Assembly (NCBI GenBank): GCA_965261065.1
Contig: OZ253444.1
Span: forward strand, 6,838,902 to 6,902,901
Length of the DNA stretch: 64,000 nt
Direction of reading: 5' to 3'
Source of the DNA: Bryobacterales bacterium
Lineage (GTDB): Bacteria > Acidobacteriota > Terriglobia > Bryobacterales > UBA6623
The position numbers and the translations under genes are program-made. Of this stretch, positions 18,331 through 28,800 are shown piece by piece (the first letter of the stretch is position 1; every line of letters begins with the position of its first letter). The notes under the pieces were generated by a model, which had not been told where the DNA came from, ran no database searches, and saw only the letters and a list, made by a program, of their open reading frames with translations.

Positions 18331-20237
18331 GAACCGCTTTCCCGGGCCACCGCCTGGCTGGCCGGCATCGAGGGATTCCGCCGCTCGTCTTTGGCGGGCG
18401 GGAATCTCAGCCGAAACACTGTGCCCTCGTTTTGTTTGCTGGTGAAGTCAATTGTACCACCGTGCAACTGCACGACCCGGAACGTCATCGCCAGCCCGAT
18501 GCCCGATCCTTTACCCTTGGTCGTGAAGTATAGGTTGTAGATTTTCTCACGTAATTCCGGGGGAATTCCGGTGCCTTCGTCCTGAATGCTCAGCGTCCAT
18601 GCGCCGGCCGCCTGCTCAACAGCCAGGTGCAGGCGGCCGCCGTCCCTCATCGCTTCGACGCCGTTGACGACGACGTTGAGGAGGGCCTGCATCAGCAGAT
18701 CACGGTCGCCTTGCATGGGCGCTTCGCCGGAAACCCCGGTGGTCAGCACCTCGACGTTTTGGCTGGCCGCGTCGGGCTGTACGAGCGAGGCGACCTCGCG
18801 CGCCAGGACCGCCAGATCGACGCGCTGCATCTCGAGGTCCACCGGTCGGGTGAAATCGAGAAAGCTCTTCACGACGCGGTCGAGACGGGTGATCTCGCGT
18901 CCGATGACCTCGATCTCGGATTCGGCTTCCGGGGCGACGCTTTCGAGCTTCGATTTGAGGATCTCGAGATGGAGAGCGATCGAGTTCAGCGGGTTCTTGA
19001 TCTCATGCGCCGCACCGCTGGTTAGCCGGCTGATGGCGGCGAGGCGGGCCGAGACGTCGAGTTGCGACTCGATCTCGCGGCGCGGGTCGGCATCGCGCAT
19101 CGTAACCAGCGTGCCGGCCCGCTCATGACCAGGGAAGTCCTCGACCACCTCGACGGTCACCAGGAGATGGACGGGGGCGGTGCCGGGCCGTTCAAACTCG
19201 ACCGGGTGATCGATGACCTCGCGGCGTACATGGACGGCGCCCTGCACGAGCGCGCCGAGATCAGTCGAGGCGGGGAAGATCTCATACAGGGTCTTGCCCA
19301 TGACCTCCCAGCGGCCCCCGCCCAGCAGCCGTTCGGCGCCGCGCCCGGCCATCATCAGCCGGTCGTCACGCCCGAAGAAGAGCACGGCCTCCTCCATGCG
19401 GTCGAGCAACTGATCGAGATTCGAGCGCATCTCGTTGACGTCGGCTTGCGCGCCGCGAAAGCGCTCGCCGAGCAAGGTGAGTTTCGACTCGACGGCGGCC
19501 TCTTCTTTCGAAGCAGGCTCGTGGCCGCCGGGTTCGACGGGCGACTCGCCGCGCGCGATGCGGTCGATGATGGCCCCGATGCGCTCCAGCGGCCGAAATG
19601 CCAGGTTCGATGCCAGGATGGCGACCAGCAGTGACACCAATAACGAGAGCGCCGATACCGCGGCCAGCTCGGTGATCCGCGGCATCACGGCGTTGCGCAG
19701 TAGGGCCGTGGAGAGAATGACGCGGATGCTCAGCACCGTTTCTCCCGACACCCCCAGTTGCCGCGAGACCTGATAATCCTGGTTGGGCGAGAGCAACGCG
19801 TTGAGCCGCGCCCAGGCGCTCTGGTCGTCGAACTCCTCGAAGTCCGGCGGCGGATCGAGCTTTTGCCCCTTGCGCGACGGTAAGGACGCGGAGAGAATTC
19901 GGTCATCCGCGCCGGTGATGACGATCTCGATGATGAGTTGTGACGTGCCCGTCATCTTCTGCAGCAGGGCCGCAAGGTCCGGGTCCTGCTCGACGATGCG
20001 GGTCCAGAGTCTCGTCACGTCATCGAAGTTCGCGGGGCGGGGCGAGCGGCGCTCGGTTTCTTCGTTCACGGTCGAGAGCAGCAGGCTCTCCACGATCTCG
20101 GCGCTGGTGCGGGCCTCTTGGAGGGCGTCCTCGAAGCGCGTGTGGAGCAGGTCGCGGACGTTGAGGGCGGAGAGGGCCAAGACCACCACCACGACGAGCG
20201 CGAGGATGAAGAATTGGAGCCGGGCTCTCAGCGACAT
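18327..20237 (-). CDS. Sensor histidine kinase (periplasmic sensor, HAMP, PAS-like)
   Basis: AAHEIKNPLNSI H-box, QALLNVVVNG N-box, DEGTGI, FTTKGKGSGIGL. Confidence 0.94.
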   Translation of the reverse strand: MSLRARLQFFILALVVVVVLALSALNVRDLLHTRFEDALQEARTSAEIVESLLLSTVNEETERRSPRPANFDDVTRLWTRIVEQDPDLAALLQKMTGTSQLIIEIVITGADDRILSASLPSRKGQKLDPPPDFEEFDDQSAWARLNALLSPNQDYQVSRQLGVSGETVLSIRVILSTALLRNAVMPRITELAAVSALSLLVSLLVAILASNLAFRPLERIGAIIDRIARGESPVEPGGHEPASKEEAAVESKLTLLGERFRGAQADVNEMRSNLDQLLDRMEEAVLFFGRDDRLMMAGRGAERLLGGGRWEVMGKTLYEIFPASTDLGALVQGAVHVRREVIDHPVEFERPGTAPVHLLVTVEVVEDFPGHERAGTLVTMRDADPRREIESQLDVSARLAAISRLTSGAAHEIKNPLNSIALHLEILKSKLESVAPEAESEIEVIGREITRLDRVVKSFLDFTRPVDLEMQRVDLAVLAREVASLVQPDAASQNVEVLTTGVSGEAPMQGDRDLLMQALLNVVVNGVEAMRDGGRLHLAVEQAAGAWTLSIQDEGTGIPPELREKIYNLYFTTKGKGSGIGLAMTFRVVQLHGGTIDFTSKQNEGTVFRLRFPPAKDERRNPSMPASQAVARESGS

Positions 20238-20289
20238 GAGGCGTGTTGGGTGCGGGCCGGAGGGGTTTCTGCAGAGAGGCCCAGCGGAC

Positions 20290-21687
20290 TCATTGTGCGT
20301 TGTAGTCTTTGAGCTTATTGTGGAGCGTCTTCAGGCTGATGTCTAGAATGCGCGCGGCCCGTGTCTTATTGTTCGACGTGTGCTCGAGCGTTTTGAAGAT
20401 CAGCGCCTTTTCGCCCTCACGCACGGTCGTGCCGACCCGCACGGAGACGACATTGGGATCGGACGGCTGTTCGGCCGCGGGGGTTTCGTTTACGCCGTCC
20501 AGACCACCCACCAGATGGCAGGGCCGGATGGCGCCTTCGCCCGCGAGGATGACCGCCCGCTCCAGCACGTTGCGCAACTCGCGAGCGTTACCGGGCCAGG
20601 AGTAGCGGCGGAAGCGGTCGGCGACTTCCCCGTCGAGATCTACCACGCGGCATTCGTGTTTCTTGTTGAGGTTGCGAATCAGGGCCTCCGCGGTCGGCAG
20701 CACGTCGTCAGGGCGCTCGCGCAACGGGGGCAACTGAATGTGGAAGACGTTAAGGCGGTAGTAGAGGTCTTCGCGCATTTGCTTCTGCTGTAAAGCCTCG
20801 TCGAGGTTTTTGTTCGTGGAGGCGATCACGCGCACGTCCACCGCCAATTCGTTGCTTCCACCCAAGCGCCGCACACGCGAATCTTCGAGCACGCGCAACA
20901 GCTTGGCCTGGGTGCCGACGGGCATGTCGCCGATCTCATCCAGCAGCAGCGTGCCCCCGTGCGCTAGCTCGAAGCACCCCAAGCGCCGTTGCAGTGCACC
21001 GGTGAAGGAGCCTTTTTCATGTCCGAACAGCTCGCTTTCCATCAGCGTTTCGGGAAGGGCGGCGCAGTTCACCGCGACGAACGGGCCCTCTTTGCGCGGG
21101 CTGAGATTGTGAACCGCGCGCGCGACGAGTTCCTTGCCGGTGCCGCTCTCGCCGGTCACCAACACGGCGGCCTTGCTGCCGGCCACTTGGCGGATTAGCG
21201 AAAAGACCTGCTGCATGGCGGCGGAGGGGCCGACCAGGTCCTCGAGCACCCCTTTGAAGCTCAGTTCGCGCTGCAGGCGGTCGGCTTCTTCGGCGAGCTT
21301 GCCCTGCGCCGCGGCTCGGGCCAGCAGTTCTTTGAGCGCGTTGGCTTGAATGGGCTTTTCGAGAAACCAAAAAGCGCCCAAATCATGGACCGTCTTGAGC
21401 GCGTTGTCGATGCTGCCGAACGCGGTGAGGACGATCGCGGTGGGTCGGGGACCGTCGGCGGCCAATTTTTCGAGCAGCTCGAACCCGTCCATGCGCGGCA
21501 TGTTCAGGTCGGTGACGAGTACGTGAGCGGGGAAGGCGGTGAGTTTTTCGAGCGCCTCCTGGCCGTCGGCGGCGGTTTGGACGGTAAAGCCCCAGGAGGA
21601 AACTAAGCTGGCCAAGCCATTGCGCTGGTCTTCTTCGTCGTCGGCGATGAGTACGCGCGTCGGGCTGGCGCTTTCGACTTCGGGCAT
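20290..21687 (-). CDS. Sigma-54-dependent response regulator (NtrC/AtoC type)
   Basis: VLIADDE receiver, GESGTGKE, ELFGHEKGSFTGA, LLDEIGD and a Fis-type HTH; start taken at ATG 21687. Confidence 0.95.
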   Translation of the reverse strand: MPEVESASPTRVLIADDEEDQRNGLASLVSSWGFTVQTAADGQEALEKLTAFPAHVLVTDLNMPRMDGFELLEKLAADGPRPTAIVLTAFGSIDNALKTVHDLGAFWFLEKPIQANALKELLARAAAQGKLAEEADRLQRELSFKGVLEDLVGPSAAMQQVFSLIRQVAGSKAAVLVTGESGTGKELVARAVHNLSPRKEGPFVAVNCAALPETLMESELFGHEKGSFTGALQRRLGCFELAHGGTLLLDEIGDMPVGTQAKLLRVLEDSRVRRLGGSNELAVDVRVIASTNKNLDEALQQKQMREDLYYRLNVFHIQLPPLRERPDDVLPTAEALIRNLNKKHECRVVDLDGEVADRFRRYSWPGNARELRNVLERAVILAGEGAIRPCHLVGGLDGVNETPAAEQPSDPNVVSVRVGTTVREGEKALIFKTLEHTSNNKTRAARILDISLKTLHNKLKDYNAQ

Positions 21688-21754
21688 TGGTTCTATTCTA
21701 GCGGTACGGAGGTCGCCGGCTGGCACGGAGGGGGGCGGATCAGCCCTGCCTGGC

Positions 21755-21778
21755 GGGCGTAGCACGCGACGCCCCTAC
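21755..21778 (-). repeat. GTAG-type REP palindrome
   Basis: Minus strand GTAG-GGGCGTCGCGTGCTACGCCC. Confidence 0.6.
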
Positions 21779-21828
21779 GTTCGGCCCACTGGTAATTCCG
21801 GCCCGCCAGCACTACAGTAAAGGTCGTT

Positions 21829-22809
21829 ATGGTGCTTACACGTAGGCAGTTTGTCACGAGCTCCGCCGGGCTGGGCGCTGCGTCGCTGCTCGGCGCTGAA
21901 CGCGCCAGAGCCGCCGGACGTGCTGGAGCTGCACGTCCTGGAACTACAGAAAACGGTTCGTCCATTCTCGAACAGGTGCGCGACGGCCGGCCGCTCACCG
22001 ACGTCGACGTGATCGATGCCCACGCGCACATCGGCGGCGTGATGGAGGGTGGCAAACTGCCTGGCGGTGTTGGAACGCTCATCGGCGCGATGGATCGTTG
22101 CGGCATCAACATGTCACTCTTTAGCAACTCGACCGGAATCAGCGCGGCGAATGCCGAGGTCTACCATGCCGCGCACACAGCGGCGGCCGCGGCCGTCAGA
22201 GCCCACCCGGACAGGCTGCGGGCCTACGTCGTCTTCCACCCCAACCTGCTCGACGCTTCGCTCAAGGAATCCGAGCATCTTGTGGAAGCGGGCTCGCCTT
22301 TCGTGGGATACAAGCTGCACGGCGTGAGCCACGACTATCCCGTCGATGGGCCGAACTACCGGCGCGCGTACGAGTTCGCCCATCGCCACAAGCTCCCCGT
22401 GTTGTTCCACGTCAAGAGCAGCCATGGAGCGGAAACCCCGACGCTCAACCGTGAGCCGTTGCCGGTCGTGCTGTCACGCGTGCTCAGCGAGTTCACCGGC
22501 ATGAAGCTGATCATTGCCCACTACGGCCGCGGTGTGACCGACTGGGCCGGCTTCACGGCCAAGCACTCCAACGCGTTCATGGAAACGGCCGCGTCGGGCG
22601 TGCCGTTTCGTGTGGTGGAGCGTACCGTGGCTGCGGCCGGTCCTGACACGATCTTGTTTGGGACCGACTCGACCTACCTCAGCCCCGGCGCTCAGTTGGC
22701 GAAGGTGGGGCTCGCCGATATCGAGGAAGAAGATAAGAAGAAGATTCTGGCGGGCAATGCGCGTCGGCTGTTTGGTACGGCATTGAATGCCGGCCGGCTG
22801 AGAGGTTGA
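21829..22809 (+). CDS. Tat-exported amidohydrolase family protein
   Basis: TRRQFV twin-arginine signal; IDAHAH, YKLHG, VLFH, IIAH and FGTD metal motifs. Confidence 0.87.
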   Translation: MVLTRRQFVTSSAGLGAASLLGAERARAAGRAGAARPGTTENGSSILEQVRDGRPLTDVDVIDAHAHIGGVMEGGKLPGGVGTLIGAMDRCGINMSLFSNSTGISAANAEVYHAAHTAAAAAVRAHPDRLRAYVVFHPNLLDASLKESEHLVEAGSPFVGYKLHGVSHDYPVDGPNYRRAYEFAHRHKLPVLFHVKSSHGAETPTLNREPLPVVLSRVLSEFTGMKLIIAHYGRGVTDWAGFTAKHSNAFMETAASGVPFRVVERTVAAAGPDTILFGTDSTYLSPGAQLAKVGLADIEEEDKKKILAGNARRLFGTALNAGRLRG

Positions 22810-22972
22810 CCGCCCAAGCTTGAAGGTGCCAGTTCCTTACCGAGCCGGTACCACCGAAGCAACCGAGCCCGAACGCGAGTGAGGGGTCAATCCGCCGCCC
22901 GATGGCTTTGAAGCTGCGGACCCGTCACTACCCTGGGCTGGCCTTAGTCTAGAGACCTTCGAGTGGCATCAA

Positions 22973-23012
22973 GGTTCGTGCCGGACCGCTCCCTTACGGT
23001 CACGGCTCGGTT
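22973..23012 (+). repeat. Dispersed REP-like repeat, family B
   Basis: GGTTCGTGCCGGACCGCTCCCTTACGGTCACGGCTCGGTT; other copies at 38233-38265 (-), 50263-50302 and 61834-61853 (partial). Confidence 0.8.
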
Positions 23013-23015
23013 TCT

Positions 23016-25781
23016 TCAGTCCAACGGAACCGACACGTGCTCGTGGATCGCTTGGCGTGCGTTATTGTCTTCCGGGCTTTGGCGGCGGGCGGATGCCGTG
23101 ATGGTCTGGGCCGACTCGTCAGCCTTGAAGCGCAAGAAACGCCGCTCGGCTTCCGCCGCGCTTTCTTCATCGCCTAGGCCGCGGTAGCACAGAATGCGCG
23201 TGTAATACATCTGCAAGTCTTCAGGGTCGATCTGCGCCACCCTGTCGAGCATGGCCAGTGCCTCCTCATACCGGCGCTGCAAGCGGTAGATCAGGGCCAT
23301 CTGGTTCAGTACGACCCGGTCGCGTGGGTAGTCAGCCGCCACCGTCTCCAGCGACGCAAGCGCTGCGTCGTAGTCCCCATCGGCCTTCTGCGCCAGCGAG
23401 CGGAAGAAGTGGATGCGTCCCAGCGAGTCGTCAATGCCGAGGGCCCGCTCTAGGTAGGGCTTCGCTGCGTCGGTTTGGCCTTCCCGGATCAGGGCGCGAG
23501 CAACGTTCAACCAGCCGTCAGCGAAATCAGGACGCGCTTCGGTCACCCGCAAGAAGGCGTATTGCGCGCCTTTCAAGTCGCCCTGTAACAGCAGCCCGAT
23601 TCCATAATCGTTCCAGCGCTCGTAGTCGTCCGAGGCGATCGCCGGACCCCACTTCGTGGGCGCCTGATCAAGTCGCAGCTTGGCCGTGTCTTCGGCAAGC
23701 GTCACAACGGGCAACGACGGAATGCGGTCGCGAATCTTGCCGGAGACATTCTTTGGGATGTCGGAGGGCGAGAAGGTGAATCGCCGATCGTCATAGTCCT
23801 TCCCGAACGGAGCGTCGTCGCCGGCTACGGGTTGGCCTGCGTACGAGAACTGCGTGTAGTAGTGCGAAAACTTGCGGTAATTGAGCTTGGCGTGCAGCCG
23901 GATCGGCCCGCGCGCGCGATCGGGGATGCGTAACCGGAAATGGGCGACGTCCGCCGCACCGGGTGGGATCTGCCGAACGTACAGCGCGCTGCGCGCCTGG
24001 AAAGCATTGCGCTTGTTGATCGGATTGCCGTGTGCGTCGAGCAGCATGGCGCGATAGAAGTGCGCGCCCTTCTCCACAGGCCCCTTGCCCTCGTCTTCGA
24101 TCTGGCCGCTCCAGAAGACGGCGCGTCCGTCGGCGTCGGTAGCCTTCAGTTCGAGCCAGACATCGAAGGAATCAACCGTACCGCCGGGGAAGAAGTGTCC
24201 GACACCGCGCGTGCGCACAACCACGTCCACCCGGACTGTATCGCCCGGCGAAAAAGCAGCCTGGGAGCGGTCGATGGGCGCGGCGATGTCGCCCACTTCG
24301 CGCAGCACGGCGGGCGCCCCGAAGGACGCACTCTCCTCGCCGACCGCAAAACCGGTAGCAAGCTGTGGCGCATCCGACGCCCGCCTTTGCATGGCCGGGG
24401 CAGAGGCGTCCTCGATCACCGGCGATATGGCGAAGATGTCCACCGAGACGATGTCGTCTTGCAGGAACTCCGTGGTGACCCGAAGTTGCTCTTCGTCCTG
24501 ATTCACGTACGGAACCGCCGTGTTCGCCGCCGGAAAACGGTGTGAATGGATGAAGCCTCCGCGGCTACCCGGGTCGTCGGAGCGCACCAGCGGCATATGG
24601 CAATCGGCACAACTCATCGGTTGCTCCGGATAGTAGAACGACCGCGCACCCTGGCCGGAGACGCCGCTCGCTTGCCAGGCATCGTACTCGTTGAAGCCGC
24701 GGAACCAGCGGTAGTTGTTGACCGGCACGTCGAGATGAACCTTGTGGCAAGTCGAGCAGAACTCGGCGCTGTCGAGGCGCATGAAGGGCTTCAAGAACGC
24801 GCGCCGGTGCGCCGCCGGAGCTGTGTTTACGACGTAATCATGCACGGCTCGGATGATGGGGTTGTCGCTCGCCATCATTTCATGCAGCGGCGGATACTCG
24901 ATCGTAAAGCCGCCGTTGCCCATCGTGTCGCCGACATTGACGATCGAGTGGCACGAGACGCAGCCGAGTCCGGCTTGGGCTTCGGGCGTATCAATCTGTT
25001 CCTTCGCGGGCTGTTCGAAACGGCCGTTGAAGAACATGGCGTGGTCGTGGCAGCCCGCGCACCACTTCGACGACTCGACGCCGGCCGTCTCCTGCATGTA
25101 TTCGATGGCCTTGCGATAGAACTGATTGTTGAACGACGAGAAGTGGTGCATCGAGCTGTTCCACTGCTCGTAGGCATCTTTGTGGCAGTCACCGCAGACC
25201 TTTGAATCGAGGAAGAAGCCCGAGGGGATCAAGCCGCCGGTGTTGGTGTTGGCGCTGGAAGGAAAGAAGGGACTTTCAGCGCCACCTCCCTCGTATTCCA
25301 TCGAGGCCGGAGCCATCGCAGGGTTGACGATGCGGTCGCCTTCGATCGGGAACCAATGCAGGCGCAGCCAACTGCTCGCCGGCAGCAACAGCCCCACCGC
25401 GATCGCCGCGCAGAGCGACCAGGCCCATCGCCGTTGCGCGTGAAACGCCCGCGGCAGAAGCAGCAGAGAACCGATCAGCCCCAACGCGCCATGCGCGACG
25501 ACCATGCCCATGTTCGGAATCGTCGCGCCGACGACGCACAGCACCAGCCCGAGGGCGCCGCAGGATGAGAGCGCCGCAAAGGCCAAGCGCGAATCCCGGC
25601 GCAACCGGTGCACACCTTCGTTCGACCCGAACCACAGCGCGGCCAAGAGAGCGACACCGAGGCCAACGTGAAGAAGGACGTTCGCGACGTAGAGGATGCT
25701 GGCAGTCGGGTAGGCCCAGATCCAGCCGGCGTTGAGGAGCAACAGCAGAAACCCGGCGGCGAGGGCTCTTGATCGATTCAT
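23016..25781 (-). CDS. Membrane-anchored pentaheme cytochrome c with C-terminal TPRs
   Basis: N-terminal TM helices; five CxxCH motifs (CGDCH, CAGCH, CVSCH, CSTCH, CADCH); TPR repeats after WNDYGIGLLLQGD. Confidence 0.85.
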   Translation of the reverse strand: MNRSRALAAGFLLLLLNAGWIWAYPTASILYVANVLLHVGLGVALLAALWFGSNEGVHRLRRDSRLAFAALSSCGALGLVLCVVGATIPNMGMVVAHGALGLIGSLLLLPRAFHAQRRWAWSLCAAIAVGLLLPASSWLRLHWFPIEGDRIVNPAMAPASMEYEGGGAESPFFPSSANTNTGGLIPSGFFLDSKVCGDCHKDAYEQWNSSMHHFSSFNNQFYRKAIEYMQETAGVESSKWCAGCHDHAMFFNGRFEQPAKEQIDTPEAQAGLGCVSCHSIVNVGDTMGNGGFTIEYPPLHEMMASDNPIIRAVHDYVVNTAPAAHRRAFLKPFMRLDSAEFCSTCHKVHLDVPVNNYRWFRGFNEYDAWQASGVSGQGARSFYYPEQPMSCADCHMPLVRSDDPGSRGGFIHSHRFPAANTAVPYVNQDEEQLRVTTEFLQDDIVSVDIFAISPVIEDASAPAMQRRASDAPQLATGFAVGEESASFGAPAVLREVGDIAAPIDRSQAAFSPGDTVRVDVVVRTRGVGHFFPGGTVDSFDVWLELKATDADGRAVFWSGQIEDEGKGPVEKGAHFYRAMLLDAHGNPINKRNAFQARSALYVRQIPPGAADVAHFRLRIPDRARGPIRLHAKLNYRKFSHYYTQFSYAGQPVAGDDAPFGKDYDDRRFTFSPSDIPKNVSGKIRDRIPSLPVVTLAEDTAKLRLDQAPTKWGPAIASDDYERWNDYGIGLLLQGDLKGAQYAFLRVTEARPDFADGWLNVARALIREGQTDAAKPYLERALGIDDSLGRIHFFRSLAQKADGDYDAALASLETVAADYPRDRVVLNQMALIYRLQRRYEEALAMLDRVAQIDPEDLQMYYTRILCYRGLGDEESAAEAERRFLRFKADESAQTITASARRQSPEDNNARQAIHEHVSVPLD

Positions 25782-25805
25782 GGCTAGCGACTCATGGCCC
25801 TCGAC

Positions 25806-28800
25806 TCAGGGCCGCCGGAGGGGACGGATCAATCGCAAGGCGGGCCGGTTAATGTAGGTCTCGAGATACTCGCGGTGCAGGGGCCCTTGGGGGTAGTGCT
25901 CGTCCGCCCCGTACGGGTAGCTCGTCATGCTGTGGAACGGCAGCGGCTCGACGCTATCGCCGAAGGCCGTGTTCGACTCGTGCTCTTTGGCCCAGCCGTC
26001 AACGAACAGCAGGAAGTCGCGCCGCCAACCCGGCAACGGCGGCTCCCCCATCGCGGCGAAGCGCAGCGTCAGCTCGTCGCCCGCACCGAGGATCACATAG
26101 CGGTCGTCAATCTGCTCGATCAACTCGTCCACGCGGCCGTAGGCGGTGTAGTTGCCCGGCGTCGGGTTCCACACCGATGTGGGGCGCACGCGGGCGTAGT
26201 CGAAGCTCTCCGGCTCGGTTCGCTGCGGGTGGGTTTGATTTTGCGAAAAGCCGCGGAAGCGCAGCTCCGATCGCGCCAGGGCGAGTTCAGGTAACGCCGC
26301 CTCGGGCTCGCCGACACCTCTCGCCGCGAAGATCTCGTCCCAGTAAAGGCACATGTTGGTCACGATGCGGATCTCGCGCGACACGGAGAGGAACTTGCCG
26401 CTGAGATCGACCACCATCGTACGAGGCCGGCCGCCAGGCAGACCCAGGTCCTCGATAACCGTTTGCCACTGGCCACGTCCGTCTTTGACCTGCACGTAGG
26501 GAGGCTCGATGGCACGGTTCTGCGAGGCTGCGACGATCGTGCTGGCGTCGGCCCAGTCGACCCAGCCCGTAAGGAACAGCATCGCGTCGTCGCTGTCACG
26601 CAGGTCGGGGAAGTCGAGCGTGAGCCAGTGCCGTTCGGCCCGGTTTCGGAAGGTACGCTCGAAGCCGTCCACATAGCGGCCATCAGGTTGGGCAAGCCGC
26701 GCGAGCACATTCCGGCCGCGATGGTCGCGCGCCGACGAAGGCGCTACTTTCTGCCCGCCGGCAACGCCGAACAAACGAAACTCGGGGAACGGCGGCGCTT
26801 TGAACTTCTCGTTCGTATAGACATCCACGTCGGACGGGTGATCGACGGCGATGAGCTTAACCTGGTCGAGGTAGGCCACCTCACGCAACTCCTCGGTGAT
26901 GCGGACCTCGTAGAATCCGTCTCGCCGGCGAAGCTGCTCGCCGCGGATCCAGACATATTCATCATGGTCGACGGGAAAGAATTTGCCGCCACCGAGACTC
27001 GCGCCGAGCGGAGCTACGCCAAGCACCTCGCTGATGTACTCGAACTCCTCGCCATTCCACGTGAAGATCATCGGACACGAGCCCGACAGCCGGGGCTTTT
27101 CGACATAGCGATGGTCCATACCGACCAACTGCTCGGACTCGTTCTGAATCAAACCGTTGGTCCACGTGATGCGAACCGTGTCGATGCTCTCGGCTTTCGC
27201 GAGGCCAAAGACAAGTGGCACGCCGCGATAGATGCGCTTGCGGTAGACCCGCCCGGCGCGCACTTCGACCCGTGAGCCCTCGGCAAGCTTGGCGCTCTTG
27301 ACGCCCTCAAGCGAGACGGTCACCTGCGCGTGGCCGGTTTTCGTGGTGTTGGCGAGGACGCGGAGGTTGCGGTCGTTGTCGACGACCAGCAGGTCCTCGA
27401 GTCCGTCGCCATTGAAGTCGGCGGCGGCGGCGGCGCGCGCGCTGTCGAGGGCAGCCAGCGATTGCTGCTCAAACCGGCCGGCGCTTTCGTTGATGAGGAC
27501 CCGGCCCGCCGCGACGGCATCCGTCCAGCCACGGTTCTGAAGGTCGGCCCATGCGAGCGCGCCGCCGTGCTCGGGTCCGGCGGTGACGGCACCCTCGTGG
27601 TTCTCGATAATCTGTGTGGTCGCTCCTGCCTTGTGGGTCCAAGTAAGGGCGAGATCGAGGAAGCCGTCGTTATCGACGTCTACGACATCGAGGGTTGCCG
27701 AGTCGCCCTTCGGGGTTGCGCCCTCTACCAGGCTGGCCTTGTAGCGGCCCAGCATGCGGTCGTGGTAGACGGTTACGCCATCGGCGTAGGCGATGACGAT
27801 GTCGTTGCCGTTGTCCTCGACCAGCTCGAGCGTGGCGGCTGCCATGCCACGGCGGGTCGTGTCGAACGGGAAGTCGGCGCTCACGTCGGCGAACGTGCCG
27901 TCGCCGTTGTTGCGGAGCAGCTTGTGGTCGGTGCCGGTGAGAAGAAGATCGAGATCGTAGTCGTGATCGTAGTCCACCCACAGAACGGCCTCGAAGCTCC
28001 CGTCGGCGAGCTTTCTGGGATGCGAGGCGAGTTGGCCTTCTTGGTTCTCGATCAGGTGTCCGCCGTTGGAAGCAGCCGCCGCGACATCGGGGAAGCCGTC
28101 GTTGTCGTAATCGCCCGCGGCGAGGCGCCTCAGTGTGGCGCCCTCGCCTGTCGACCACAAAGGTTCAGCTTCGAGCTTGCCCTCGACATTCCGCAGCAGG
28201 AGCACGTCAACATCTGACCAAGCCAGCGCGTCCGGCTTGCCGTCGGCGTCCGCGTCTAACAAGGCGACGCGGCCGCGGTCGCCCTGCAGCGACCGATCGA
28301 GCGCTATTTCTTCGAACTCCATCGCGACGGCTTCCGGCACCGCCGAGCCGGGCTCCACTTCATCGTAAAGTTCGGAATAGAAACTCCAGTTGACGTCTTC
28401 GCCGACCGCCGCTCCCTGCTGTGCAGCTTTCAGCTCCTTGAACCGCGCCAGTTCCTTCATGGCGCGTTCGCGGTCACTGCGGCGATAAATATTAAAGAGC
28501 TGGAAGTGGGGAGCGGCGAGGCTGGGCGCCAACTCCGACGCCTTTTCGAGCATCGGAATTGCGCTTTCGAGATTCTTGTTTTGGCGGTACAGCACGCCAA
28601 GCTGATAGTGGCTCTTGGCCTCGGTGGGCACGAGCTTGATCATCTGCTCGAACTCTTCGCTGGCCCGCTCGTTTTCGCCACGCTTCTTGTATTCGATGCC
28701 GAGGTTGAAATAGGTGTGGGGCAGCGCCGGGTCGATTGCGCGCGCCTTCTCGATCTCGGCCATGCCCTCGTCGTTCTCGCCGACCCGCAGCAGCGCCAAA

